Positions 1 to 10,933 of a stretch of DNA of 64,000 nucleotides are shown one piece after another. Each line of letters begins with the position of its first letter. The first letter of the stretch is position 1. The stretch is from Macrostomum hystrix (Eukaryota > Animalia > Platyhelminthes), in contig CATNEN010000003.1 in NCBI GenBank assembly GCA_950097015.1, positions 930,001 through 994,000 of the forward strand, given 5' to 3'. The position numbers were made by a program, and so were the translations under genes. Below the pieces are notes generated by a model, which saw only the letters and a list, made by a program, of their open reading frames with translations, did no database searches and was not told where the DNA came from.

Positions 1-3000
1 TGTACTCGTAGCAGCAGTGTTCGATCTCTTTAGGCTCAGCAATAGCTACATAATTATCGTCCAACGACTTGGCCATCGAGGTGGACATTGACGACGATGT
101 TGAGCGAGATGGCGATGCCAACAGTAGAATGTGCGTAGTCGGCGATGGTGTGGAAGATCTGGCAGTCGGCAATTGCGAGTCAGTGTCAACAGCGATGCTA
201 ATTTTAGAAGGCGAAGACTTTTGCAATGCATGATGGTTACACCGACCGCGCAATGGTCGGTGCGGCGACGGCGAAGCGTTCTCCTTGTCGCCGTTGGCAC
301 AGCTGGCTGAATAGGTTGTAGTCTTCGCCGTCTGGCCGCCCAGACGAAGGAAGGCTGGCAGCTCGAGGTGCCGGGCGTCGATGCGACCTCGCTGATCCTC
401 CATGCGGCTGCCCTGGACTCGAGCCAGCAGCTCAACTAGCGAGTCATCCTTGGCGATATCAGAGACTTTAGAAACTGTCGCTGTTTGCGCTAACGCAGAT
501 GGCTGTTGCCATGGTAAAGCTGAGGCGGGGCGTCGAGGCGACGATGTTACGGGAGCAACGACTAAACCATGAGTTGATGGAGCCTGCATAGTTCAAGATA
601 TGTTTGGCTGAGTCTGAGGATCAGGGAATGTTTCTGCTCCAGTCTGAGGATCTGGGAATGTGTCTATTTCAGTCTGAGGATCTGGGAATGTGTCCATCCC
701 AGGCTGAGGATCGGGCAATGTGTCTGCTTCAGTCTGAGGATCTGAGAATGTGTCCGTCCCAGTCTGAGGATCGGGCAATGTGTCTGCTTCAGTCTGAGGA
801 TCTGGGAATGTGTCTGCTTCAGTCTGAGGATCTGGGAATGTGTCCGTCCCAGTCTGAGGATCGGGCAATGTGTCTGCTTCAGTCTGAGGATCTGGGAATG
901 TGTCCGTCCCAGTCTGAGGATCGGGCAATGTGTCCGTCCCAGTCTGAGGATCTGAGAATGTCTGCCTCAGTCTGAGGATCTGGGAATGTGTTAGTCCCAG
1001 TCTGGGGATGTGGGAATGTGTATACGCTTTAGTCAGAGGATCTGGGAATGTCAGCCTGAACCCAAAATCATTCAGTAATTTGTCGAACCTATACCTGTAG
1101 CTCGCAGATGCCCTCAGAGTCGAACACAACCAAGCCAGAGTCGATGGTTGAGGACATCCGTTTTGCGCTCCACTGACATCCTCCTAGCAACTGGGTCAAG
1201 CTGCTATTGGTTGGGTCTGGAAGGCATTGAAGACAATTAAATGATCTTTTAAAAAAAGACGATATGCTCTGGACCATTAGAGAACTTTGAAAATATTTGA
1301 CTCTATAACAAGATCCAAAGACTGTTTCATCACAGAGCTCATTTTTATTAAAACATGAAATGCTGCAGATACTTTCAGGCAAAAAATGACACGAAGCAAA
1401 GCTGGAGAAATCCTGCATTAAATAAAATACTTAATTAAGGTAACTAAAAATCAAGTAAAAACCATAGTCTCGGAGCTGAAATTCAGTGGCGAGGCCAAAC
1501 ATCGGAATTTACACTCATGAGGGCCTATCCCACTTTAAAGGCAGCTAATGAGAGTGTACACTGCTTGAAGATGGGCAAGTCAGGGCAGCTGTACACACCC
1601 TATCTGAGCGTGTTCCTGTGTTTAGGAGTCAGCGGAATGGGCAGAATTGCCAATCGAGAATCGTCAGTGCCAACAACCGAATGTAAATCATACCAGCTGT
1701 TTGAAATTGACAGCCAATAAAAATGCTTAGCTAAAACAGTCGACACAAAGTCAGTAAAAAAAGACATAAAATAGGACCATTCAACAAATAACAGGAGTTT
1801 TCAAACTTTAAAATAGTATCTAAGCTAGTTCTAGCGCCTAAGCTTGGAGGGCAGCGACACAATGCTAGGCCTACTAGGCCTCTGACCAATGATGGAACAG
1901 GACGATAGTGAGTCAGGGATTGAAACGGCTGCTGCTTCGGAGACGGCGACAATCCTTTGATCTGCAATTCGATAGCATCAATGAATAGCTACCGTGAAAT
2001 GGAGGCTAAATAGGAAAATAAATGTTTTAAAAATTCCCAGCTTTCTGATCCTGTCTATCAGTAGCCGAAGCTAAATGAGAACTTCTTTATTTGCTTCAGG
2101 AAGATCTAGCTCGCATGTCGCTCACGAATTGAAGGTCGGGGGTTCGATTCCCGACTCCACTGGAACAATTTGTGTCCTTTAGCAAGAAACTTAAATCAGC
2201 ATTGCTTCAGTTCACCCAGCTGTTAAATGGTTGCTAGCATTAGCTGGGATAATTGAGAATGGGTGTGGCTTTGCCCCTGTCTATGGAGCCGAAGCCATAG
2301 GACAATTCAAAGTTTATTACTAGCCCTAGTATCATCATAGTTTCTAGTAGTTTTTTTCGTAGCTATAAAAGAGTTACGAGTACGAGTAAGAGTACGAGTA
2401 AGAGTACGAGTAAGAGTAAGAGTACGAGTAAGAGTAAGAGTAAGAGTACGAGTAAGAGTACGAGTAAGAGTAAGAGTACGAGTAAGAGTACGAGTAAGAG
2501 TAAGAGTACGAGTAAGAGTACGAGTAAGAGTACGAGTAAGAGTAAGAGTACGAGTAAGAGTACGAGTAAGAGTACGAGTAAGAGTAAGAGTACGAGTAAG
2601 AGTACGAGTACGAGTAAGAGTAAGAGTACGAGTAAGAGTACGAGTAAGAGTACGAGTAAGAGTAAGAGTACGAGTACGAGTAAGAGTACGAGTAAGAGTA
2701 AGAGTACGAGTAAGAGTACGAGTAAGAGTAAGAGTACGAGTAAGAGTACGAGTAAGAGTACGAGTAAGAGTAAGAGTACGAGTAAGAGTAAGAGTAAGAG
2801 TACGAGTAAGAGTTTCTATTCTCGTAGTTTATTTGAAGCCATATGATAACTTCTAGAAGCTAATTCATAGCCGTAGTCAAATTTCTCATCACCAACGTTT
2901 GCGGTAGATTTTTAAAGCCACGACTTTCCAAGAATTTAACGAAATTCAAATTCGCGCATACTTTTAAAAGTGCACGCCGACATACGCATGAACAATTTGA

Positions 3001-4548
3001 GTAGAGTAGAACACAATATGCACTTCAGACAATAAAATCTGAGTAGCCTTACCAACTAGCAAGTCTTGGCCACACACAATAGCAAATTGTCGCCTATGAT
3101 CGGCACTAGTTAAGCGTCGATTATTGTCTAACAGAACGGCGTCTGCGGCGGCGACCGTAGCTGCGGAGTCCACTGGCACAGCCATGAGGCCATCACTAGC
3201 TAGGCCGTACCTGAGGCAAGCTGGCTTTATCGCGTCCCTCATCAATTCGCCTGCGTTGGCGCGAACAGCCAGCCAGACGGAGGCCGCCTCGCTGCTAGAC
3301 GACTGTCTCGAGACCGGACCAACGGATTCTGAGCCGCTTCGCTGACGCAACTGCTGCTGCTGCTGCAGCTGTGTTTGAGGCAGTCGGAATCCAACTAGGA
3401 GGTCAACTTTGCCACTAGAAGCTGACGCTGAAGATGCCGAAGAGGCAATCTGATCAACATCGTTGGCGCCATTCAACATTTTCGAGTAGCGCTTGCTTGA
3501 CCGGCCTAGATGAAGAATCAGTGACGGACTGTCCAATCAGATGCTTTGAAAGCAAACGGCCTGAATAATCTGATCCGAGGGATTACTCCTGTAGGGTCTG
3601 AGGGAATCCACCTGAAGGATCTGAGGGAATCCTCCTATAGGATTTGAGGGAATCCTCCTGAAGGATCTGAGGGAATCCTCCTGAAGGATCTGAGGGAATC
3701 CTCCTGAAGGATCTGAGGGAATCCTCCTGAAGGATCTGAGGGAATCCTCCTGAAGGATCCGAGGGATTCATCCTATAGGATCTAAGGGGAATCCTCCTGA
3801 AGGATCTGAGGGAATCCTCCTGAAGGATCTGAGGGAATCCTCCTGAAGGATCCGAGGGATTCATCCTATAGGATCTGAGGGAATCCTCCTGAAGGATCTG
3901 AGGGAATCCTCCTGAAGGATCCGAGGGAATCCTCCTATAGGATCTGAGGGAATCCTCCTGAAGGATCTGAGGGAATCCTCCTGAAGGATCTGAGGGAATC
4001 CTCCTGAAGGATCTGAGGGAATCCTCCTGAAGGATCCGAGGGAATCCTCCTATAGGATCTGAGGGAATCCTCCTGAAGGATCTGAGGGAATCCTCCTGAA
4101 GGATCCGAGGGAATCCTCCTATAGGATTTGAGGGAATCCTCCTGTAGGATCTGAGGGATTCCTCCTAAAGTATCTGAAGGATTCCTTCTAAAGTATCTGA
4201 AAGATTCCTCCTAAAGTATCTGAATGATTCCTCCTAAAGTATCCGAAGGATTCTTCCTGAAGGATTTCAGTGATCCCTTGTTAAGGATCTTTCAAAATAT
4301 TCTTCTTAAAGGAAGAAATGAATTTCTCAGGACTTAGGATTTATCACAATAAATCTTTCCGTTAGTTCCTGCAATCCTTGAGGAGGAAGTGTCTGTGATT
4401 GACTTTTCACCTACCGCGCATCAGGGAAGCCAAAAAGCCACGTCCGGAACGCTGCTGCGGCTGCTGCTGCTTATTGCCGCTACTGTCAGTGCTGCCACTC
4501 AGTGATACAACGCTTCTAGTAGCGGAGGAAGTTTTAACGAGATTGTGT

Positions 4549-4583
<35 letters not shown>

Positions 4584-7500
4584 GTCATTGGCCGCTAGAG
4601 GCAGCGGACGCGACTGCAGTTCGCACAGTAGGCAGTCTTTATAAAGCTGAGATTTCAAAAATCTAGCATAACTGTCCATGCGCATCAGATTGAATATGTG
4701 CTGCTGGGCCGCGTCAAACAGGGTCATCGGAGGCTGCTGCTGCTCAGACAGGCAAGCCTGAATTGAGGCCACAGTGCAGCTGTCAATGTTGACACTGGAC
4801 GGAGCGTTGGGGCCGACATAGGTGGCGCAGATGCTGTTAGCTGTGGATTGGATCTGGAATTAGAAAATAATCAAGTGCCACTAAATCAGTCAGAACCCGA
4901 AGTATCAAAAGCAGAAGTACTTGAAAATTTAGAACCTGAAGTTAGGCTGAAGTACCTGAAGTCTTGAAACCTGAAGGCTGAAGTAACTGAACTTTCACAA
5001 CCTGAAGGCTGAAGTACTTGAAGTTTTAGCACCTGAAGGCTGGAGTACCTGAAGTTTTAGAACCTGAAGGCTGGAGTACCTGAAGTTTTAGAACCTGAAG
5101 GCTGGAGTACCTGAAGTTTTAGAACCTGAAGGCTGGAGTACCTGAAGTTTTAGAACCTGAAGGCTTGAGTACCTGAAGTTTTAGAACCTGAAGGCTTGAG
5201 TACCTGAAGTTTTAGAACGTGAAGGCTGGACTACCTGAAGTTTTAGAACCTGAAGGCTTGAGTACCTGAAGTTTTAGAACGTGAAGGCTTGAGTACCTGA
5301 AGTTTTAGAACGTGAAGGCTGGACTACCTGAAGTTTTAGAACCTGAAGGCTGGACTACCTGAAGTTTTAGAACCTGAAGTCTGGAGTGTCTGAAGTTTTA
5401 GAACCTGAAGGCTTGAGTACCTGAAGTTTTAGAACGTGAAGGCTGGAGTGTCTGAAGTTTTAGAACGTGAAGGCTGGAGTACCTGAAGTTTTAGAACCTG
5501 AAGGCTGGAGTACCTGAAGTTTTAGAACCTGAAGGCTGGAGTACCTGAAGTTTTAGAACGTGAAGGCTGGAGTGTCTGAAGTTTTAGAACGTGAAGGCTG
5601 GACTACCTGAAGTTTTAGAACCTGAAGGCTGGAGTACCTGAAGTAAGAAATCGTCAACCAACTCACCAGCTGAGCATCATCGAGTCGACGAAAAGTCTCC
5701 ACAGCCAGCCAGAAGGCGATGTTCTCATCGCTGAATTCCAGCCGCAGAAAGTCGGTGAAGACTCGAACGCCGGCCGGATCGGCCAGCAGATGCCTGAGAC
5801 CGGTGGCCCATTTGGCTACGCTGCTGGCTGCTTGAGGTTCGGGTTCGGCACCCAGAGCACTGAGATTGCGTTCACTTGAGGCCAGAGAACTGTTGAGCTG
5901 CTGCTGCGGCTGCTGCTGCTGATGCTGCTGGTGTCGCTGATTGACAGAGGAGCTGACATTGTACCGATCCGGAGTGGCTGCTGCGATGGCGCCGGAAGGG
6001 GCTATGTCAAGGTCTGATCCGTTGCTAGTTAGACTCTACAATCGGGTCATAGGGAGTGGGGTGGATGGCTTAGATACTAGGAGTTTTGTTTATTATAAGG
6101 GATTGTAAGAAATATGAATTTATTACGATTTTTTCTGATCTTATCAACAATAACATCGCTATTCTTGGAATATAACAGAATATTTTGCGCGGCGCATTTG
6201 AAAGGCTGCGTACAGCTCTTCAGTCCATGGACTGGAAGGACGCCGCAACCACCCTTAATTACCCCAGCTGATGCTGGTACCCATTTAACAGCTGGGTAAA
6301 GGGGATGGGTGGCAGAGCGGTTAACGCGTTCCTGAGCTCGTTTCCGCGGTGAGGGCACATTCATTTAGGGCGCAGCCGCGGAGAGAAGGCTTGGGGGCTT
6401 GTCGTGCAATTTACGCCCTTGAGGGCCAACCTAAGAGGCACAGTGAGAGTGTACACTGCCTGACAATGAGAAAGTCAGGCCAGATAAGCGTGTGCCTGCG
6501 TACAGTACCTGTGTGCGTGAGTGCTCAGGAGTCAGCGAAATGGGCAGAATCCCCACCTCGCTGGCTGCGGGTCTAGTGTCACCAAATGGTGTGCCAATTT
6601 CGAAATAAATAAAATAGCAGAGCAAAAACTTTTTTAAACATGCTTAATTAAGGGGCGACTGACAAAATGTGACAACACAGAGTCGAGAGCAATCTCTCAG
6701 AACACTGACTGACAAATGCTCAGTTGCAATGATTCCTGGATCTAGAGTTTTAAACTCTAGACCTCCAAGTCTCACCTCCGTAGACATGGCCATGGAGCGT
6801 CGACGAAGTCGCCTAAACGAGCCAGACGCACCGCGAGCGAATCGTCGAAGGAGCGACTCCGTTGTTGCCATCGAGGAGGGCGACTGCGGCGGCGGCGGCG
6901 GCTGCTGCTGCTGCGAATTTGGCGCCATCGGAGGCGGCAGAGGCACTTTAAAAGTGGCCATCGGCACCGTTGCTAATGGCAACCCTACGCTAGACCTGGA
7001 CGCAGTTGAAATCGACGTCGTCGTAGACGAAGCTTGCGACGATCGCCGACGATTCACTCGCCAAGCCGACAGAGGCCGCAGGGCAGTCAGCACCGGAGCC
7101 GAGTCCGGTGGAAAAGAATCACAACAACAGCTGCTGCTGCTGCTTGGCTTGCCGCAGACAATGCCAAAAGCGGCAGCCCATTGAGAGTGCGCACAATGAC
7201 TAGCAGCTAACTGAGAATTGGCATAGAAGCCGTGAACTGTGAGACCAGGTGACCCGCCAACGCCTCCAGCCAGGAGGCCGAAATAGGCGGCGTCCAGCGA
7301 ATGCCTTCCTGCCAGCAGCAGAGCCTGGCTAGAGCCCATGCTACTACTGTGAGTAGTAGATAGGCGAAATAGGCACCGACCGGAGCAGCTGGTCAGCACA
7401 ATGCTAACAATGCCGCCGCTGTTCTCATCGGTACTGCTGCCCGAATCTTCCAGTTCATTGTCAAGGCGCCTATTCTCTACTGAATCGTTTGCATCTTCAT

Positions 7501-9031
7501 CGTTGATGTCCAGAGTGGCGAGGGTGACGCCGCGCGCCTCAGTCTTGAGTCGGGCAACGGCTGCGGCTAAGGCGCGAGTTGAAATTGTGTTAGAATCGCT
7601 GCCAGCTGGTATGGGAGGAATGCTGAGCGAGCCGATGTAGCTCAGAACGAATTTGTGACGACAAATCACACGCCTGCGGTGCGGCTGAAGCTGCGGATTT
7701 GAGCGCCGGCTTCTCTGCTGCTGGCGACCCCGACTGCCGGTCACCTGTTCGTAGCGAGCCTCCGGCCCGATGATGCGAGGATCCGCAGCTGCGGTGACCG
7801 ACCGGGGAGGCAGGGGTGGCGGCGGCGGCGGCGGCTGAAGGATCGCTTGATTGGACTGAAAATGTTTGCCAATTGGTAAAACGTAGGACATTGCGTACTG
7901 AGCCTAGCTTAGCCCAGATACCGTATCTACTCAACAGCCCACCTATCTACTAAGCAGCCCACTTGTCTACTAAGCAGCCCACCTATCTACTAAGCAGCCC
8001 ACCTATCTACTCAACAGCCCACCTATCTACTCAACAGCCCACCTATCTACTAAGCAGCCCAGCTATCTACTAAGCAGCCCACCTATCTACTAAGCAGCCC
8101 ACCTATCTACTCAACAGCCCACCTATCTACTAAGCAGCCCACCTATCTACTTAACAGCCCACCTATCTACTAAGCAGCCCACCTATCTACTTAACAGCCC
8201 ACCTATCTACTTAACAGCCCACCTATCTACTAAGCAGCCTACCTATCTACACAACAGCCCACCTATCTACTCAACAGCCCACCTATCTACTCAACAACCC
8301 ACCTATCTACTAAGCAGCCCACCTATCTACTCAACAGCCCACTTATCTACTCAACAGCCCACCTATCTACTCAACAGCCCACCTATCTACTAAGCAGCCC
8401 ACCTATCTACTAAACAGCATGTCTATCTACTAAGAAGCTTACTTATCTACTAAGCAGCCTACCTATCTACTAAACAGCCTAACTATCTACTAAGCAGCCT
8501 ACCTATCTACCAAACAATCTATCTACAAAGCAGCCTACCTATCTAATAAACAGCCTAACTATCTACTAAGCAGCCTACCTATCTACCAAACAATCTATCT
8601 ACTAAGCAGCCTAACTATCTAATAAACAGCCCACCTATCTAATAAACAGCCCACCTATCTAATAAACAGCCCACCTATCTAATAAACAGTCTAACTATCT
8701 ACAAAGCAATCAAACTAGCAGCTAGTCATTCCCCTTCCAAACCAACCGGTGCCACCAGCAGGGTGAGCACTCCGCCGCATCGGGCGATGACAGCGGCGAC
8801 ATCATCGTGAGCCAGGCCGTGCACGGAGGTCCCGTTGACGCCCAGCAGAGCGTCGCCAGGCCTCAGGGCGGCGGCATCGGCCGGACTGCCGGGCACAATG
8901 CAGCTAAGCATGCAGGGCGCCTGGCCGTTGATGGTAAAGCCGAAGCCGATGCGGGATCTCGTCAGCTGGACTGTGCGGGTGCGGCTGTGCTGTGACGACT
9001 GCATGGCGGCCGCGACTGGTGCCGCGTTCAT
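1..9031 (-). CDS. RGS12: RGS12/loco-like regulator of G-protein signalling (PDZ-PTB-RGS-RBD-GoLoco), 8 exons, 3' end beyond window
   Basis: Phase-compatible GT-AG exons: 8747-9031 (PDZ, GFGFTINGQAPC...LRPGDALLGVNG), 6776-7855 (PTB-like, KFVLSYIGSL), 5667-6035 (RGS: WATGLRHLLADPAGVRVFTDFLRLEFSDENIAFWLAVE), 4415-4853 (RGS end: FDAAQQHIFNLMRMDSYARFLKS), 3053-3505 (RBD-like), 1887-1961 (least certain), 1095-1216, <1-583 (GoLoco: DSLVELLARVQGSRMEDQRG). The domain order is that of RGS12/loco. Confidence 0.9.
605..1050. repeat. 30-bp minisatellite (RGS12 intron)
   Basis: Unit agtctgaggatctgggaatgtgtctgcttc. Confidence 0.95.
2125..2310 (+). mobile_element. CORE-like SINE, family A
   Basis: ggtcgggggttcgattcccgac and gtgtcctttagcaagaaactta...cacccagctgttaaatgg. 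Confidence 0.72.
2374..2812. repeat. (GAGTAC/GAGTAA)n hexamer array
   Basis: Seen directly in the sequence. Confidence 0.97.
3570..4270. repeat. 23-bp minisatellite
   Basis: Unit aaggatctgagggaatcctcctg. Confidence 0.95.
4895..5644. repeat. 31-bp minisatellite
   Basis: Unit tggagtacctgaagttttagaacctgaaggc. Confidence 0.95.
6305..6600 (+). mobile_element. tRNA-derived SINE, family B
   Basis: A-box-like tggcagagcgg head and a gagagtgtacactgcctgacaatgagaaagtcagg body, shared with copies at ~1505-1660, 14720-14940, 31430-31670, 43280-43570 (minus) and ~59265-59350. Confidence 0.75.
7925..8705. repeat. 20-bp minisatellite
   Basis: Unit acctatctactaagcagccc. Confidence 0.95.
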
Positions 9032-9059
9032 GGCTGCCCCGACTGCTGCAAGGGCGAGG

Positions 9060-9375
9060 GTGACATTTTTCTGAGTCTGACAAATTTGGGAGTGACATTT
9101 TTTGGTTTGGAGAATTCGGGAGTGACATTTTTGGGTTTGGAGAATTCGGGAGTGACATTTTTGGGCTTTGAGAATTTGGGAGTGACATTTTTGGGTTTGG
9201 AGAATGCGGGAGTGACACATTTTGGTCTCAAAAAAATTAGGAGTGACATTTTTATGTCTTAAGTATCGGGGAGTGAAGATTTTGGGTCTCAAGTATCCGG
9301 GAGTGACATTTTCTACTCTGAAGTATCGGGGAATCCCTTTTAAGAGTCTGAAAAATGTAGGAGTCACATTTTTAG
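9060..9375. repeat. 30-bp minisatellite just upstream of the RGS12 ATG
   Basis: Unit agtgacatttttgggtttggagaattcggg. Confidence 0.9.
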
Positions 9376-10239
9376 TCTGCATGACGGAGTGAAATTTCTG
9401 CAACAACAACCCTGCACTGATAAAGTGTGAAGCTGGAAAAACAGAAGTCAATTGACTATTTCCAAAATATGTATTTTTTTAACGCAGATAATAATGCAGT
9501 GACTTTGGCTGACAAATGAATAGCTGAAATTCACGATGTGAGAATATGTGATAGATCAAATTAGTTTCGTTGTTTAGTAAAGCAAAAAAATGGGTTACAA
9601 AAATGCTATACCAACTTCTTTTTTATGTTTTAAAGAATCACATATTAGAAATTTAAGTCTAATATTCAAGCTCCATCATTTCGTAGGACTAAAAATTACC
9701 CGCTATAAAAACTACAGATAAAAAATAAAATTACAATGCGTGTTACATTTTGTATTGGAGAAATCGAATAAAATTAGCATTGAGTTGCCTGCTTAGCAAA
9801 CTTTGTTAAACCTAAAGCGATTTAATATTAACAATAAAAGCATTCAGGGCAAAACTTGAAAAGCAAGCACAAGGTGAAAACTTAAAACAGAGGAAAGACT
9901 CACGCACAGATATAAGCAGCAGCTGTGTTGATAAATAAGAAAAAAACTACTGCGCGAGAAACTATAAGGAAAATCCCGATAAAAGAGCACAGCGTTGCCT
10001 TAGAGAAATAATAGAATAAAAAACTTTTAGGCACAAAAATTAGGACGCTATTCTAAGAAAAGTGACTAAATTTGGAATGTGCAGTTATTATCATTCCTTT
10101 CATTGCAAAATAGGAGTGGTAGGACTAGAGAAAACGATAATGAGATAAGAAAAAAATGCACAAAAAGAAAAATGAGAGGAAAGGGAGAGGGGAAGTGGCG
10201 GGACGCGAAGATGGCGAGCTGGAGGGGAAAAGAGAATGG

Positions 10240-10715
10240 GGTTAAGAAAGAGGGGTTAAAAAGGGAGAGGGGTAGAAGGGTAGAGACGAGAGGGAGATGG
10301 GTAGAGGGAGAGGGGTAGAGGGGTAGAGAGAGAGGGTTAGAGGGAGAGGGGTAGAGGGAGAGTGAGAGGGGTAGAGAAAGAGGGTTAGAGGGAGAGGGGT
10401 AGAGAGGGAGAGGGGTAGACGGAGAGGGGTAGAGGGGTAGAGAGAGAGGGTTAGAGGGAGAGGGGTAGAGGGGTAGAGAAAGAGGGTTAGAGGGAGAGGG
10501 GTAGAGAGGGAGAGGGGTAGAGGGAGAGGGGTAGAGGGGTAGAGAAAGAGGGTTACAGTTAGAGGGGTAGAGGGAGAAGGGTAGAAGGAAAGTGGTAGAA
10601 GTATAGGAGCGGAGAGGGAGACGGGAAGAGGAGAGGAGAACAGGGAAAGGGAAGGGAGAAAGGGAAAAGAAGAAAGAGGAAAACAAGTAGAAACAAGTAA
10701 GGGAGAGAAGGGAAG
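10240..10715. repeat. Polypurine G-rich tract
   Basis: gagggagaggggta-type repeats. Confidence 0.9.
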
Positions 10716-10933
10716 CATGCAAATTGTTGTAAAGACGGCAGTGCGCAGAAGCTAGCCAAAATATTCAAGAAAAAAAGTGAGAGCACAAATAATCCATAAA
10801 AATAGGAGACCATGCAATTGGAACAGCCTGCTTGCACACATTTACTAAAATAAGTGACCTATTTAAAACAATAATAACAATGGATGTGATAAGAATTTTG
10901 TCACGCTGCAAAGCGAGCTACAAAGGTACAAAG

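Noticed and set aside
9032-9451. N-terminal extension of the PDZ ORF through the 30-bp repeat
   Set aside because: The extension is repeat-derived, and a good splice acceptor lies just upstream of the ATG at 9031.
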